Assembly (NCBI GenBank): GCA_964639795.1
Contig: CAZXFE010000003.1
Span: forward strand, 1-48,938
Direction of reading: 5' to 3'
DNA length: 48,938 bases
From: an uncultured Enterobacteriaceae bacterium
GTDB taxonomy: Bacteria; Desulfobacterota; Binatia; Bin18
Positions 48,067 to 48,938 of the stretch are shown one piece after another (the first letter of the stretch is position 1; every line of letters starts with the position of its first letter). Under the pieces are notes generated by a model. That model was not told the origin of the DNA. It ran no database searches and saw nothing but the letters and a program-made list of their open reading frames with translations. The position numbers were made by a program, and so were the translations under genes.

Positions 48067-48938
48067 CAGGACGATGCGTCTGTCGATGTAGACGCGCTCA
48101 AAGGAAACGCTCGCATGAAAGTCAAAAATGCGAGTGTAAAAAGTGCAAAGAAGCCTACCAGCATCCCTAATTCAATCCATCCCAGTGGCAGGGCGGGTTC
48201 ATGCCAGATTGAGGGCACGACCAGGATATAGCGTTCGAGCCACATGCCCACGACAACGATGAGACTCACCACAGCAAGAACAGCGGGTGTGCGTTTCACC
48301 CTTTGGAGAAGTAGGAGGGGGAAGGGAGTTAGGAAGGTGAGCAGGAGTACGACAAAACTCATATCCATCCACGGCTCTTCCTTCAGCCGGATCAGGAGAA
48401 AGCTGGTTTCCTCAGGCAGATTGCCATACCAAATCGGCAAGTACTGACACCAAAATAAATAGGTCCAGAGTATGCAAAAGCCAAAAATCAGTTTGCCAAG
48501 ATCATGCGCACGTTCAGGAGGAAAGAGTGCTGGCAGACCGAAAGACGAACGCGCAATAACGGCAATAACAGCCAGCGCTCCGAGCCCGGCGTAGAGATTG
48601 CCAATGCAGAAATAGGCCCCGAACAGCGTACTGAGCCAATGCGGCTCTAAGGACATGACCAAATCAAAAGCAATCAAGCTAAAAAGAATTGCATACAGAA
48701 AAATGAAAATGGGTGAGAGAACCGTGAGCATGCGTGTCCCGGTCTCTCTATCTTTTGCTTTTTCTTGAGAAGAGAGAGCTGTAATCAAAACGTGTAGCCA
48801 ACCAGACGCGCGCTGTGTTGCTAGACTGCCATGCGCCTGGAGTGAAGCGTAGAGCAAAGCCAGACCACAGCTGTACAGCACGCCCACGCTGAGCAGGTTG
48901 CGAAGAATGAGGAAGGGCTTATTCAGCCAGACCTGTTT
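48066..48938 (-). CDS. polytopic membrane protein, NrfD/ACIII ActF-like (5' end outside the window)
   Basis: The frame stays open to the window edge (…KQVWLNKPFLILRNLLSVGVLY…). It has multiple TM helices and the segment LEPHWLSTLFGAYFCIGNLYAG, which is reminiscent of ActC/ActF-type quinol-interacting subunits. The functional call is tentative. Confidence 0.6.
   Translation of the reverse strand, partial: KQVWLNKPFLILRNLLSVGVLYSCGLALLYASLQAHGSLATQRASGWLHVLITALSSQEKAKDRETGTRMLTVLSPIFIFLYAILFSLIAFDLVMSLEPHWLSTLFGAYFCIGNLYAGLGALAVIAVIARSSFGLPALFPPERAHDLGKLIFGFCILWTYLFWCQYLPIWYGNLPEETSFLLIRLKEEPWMDMSFVVLLLTFLTPFPLLLLQRVKRTPAVLAVVSLIVVVGMWLERYILVVPSIWHEPALPLGWIELGMLVGFFALFTLAFLTFMRAFPLSASTSTDASS

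Overview
This window is a densely coding chromosomal segment from a diderm, LPS-making bacterium. I see about 45 protein genes and no rRNA, tRNA, CRISPR array or intact mobile element.

- **Left part (0.3-7.5 kb):** an orphan CoxE-like VWA gene, a crotonase, a MeaB/ArgK-type GTPase, a Zn alcohol dehydrogenase, and two ATGA-coupled amidohydrolase-2 paralogs.
- **Centre (7.5-24.3 kb):** this block is entirely on the minus strand. It holds xerD, glnD, a cell-wall amidase, ahcY and metK. These are followed by an envelope/sigma-54 block, kdsB-pyrG-kdsA-lptC-lptA-lptB-rpoN-ptsN-rapZ-HPr(NPr), and a short MutY-like glycosylase.
- **Right half:**
  - two tandem GT39/ArnT-like membrane glycosyltransferases, then a gene-poor 1-kb stretch with REP-like hairpins
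  - an H+/Na+-pyrophosphatase and decayed remnants of an Mrp antiporter operon
  - CoA-transferase A/B and an SDR
  - an NRAMP-fold transporter that lacks the canonical metal-site motif
  - an M14-like peptidase, an esterase and a probable pentapeptide-repeat pseudogene
  - a complete pqqABCDE operon
  - ArsC/Spx-family, MBL-lactonase-like, RRM RNA-binding, orphan and HAD genes
  - an NrfD/ActF-like membrane protein gene that runs off the window

The best candidate for something undescribed is a small half-size permease whose ATG overlaps the pqqE stop codon. It could be a PQQ export or import component. The pqqA precursor gene (25 codons) is absent from the supplied ORF track, and I found it by reading the minus strand.

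All functional calls come from motif and family recognition by eye. No database search was run.
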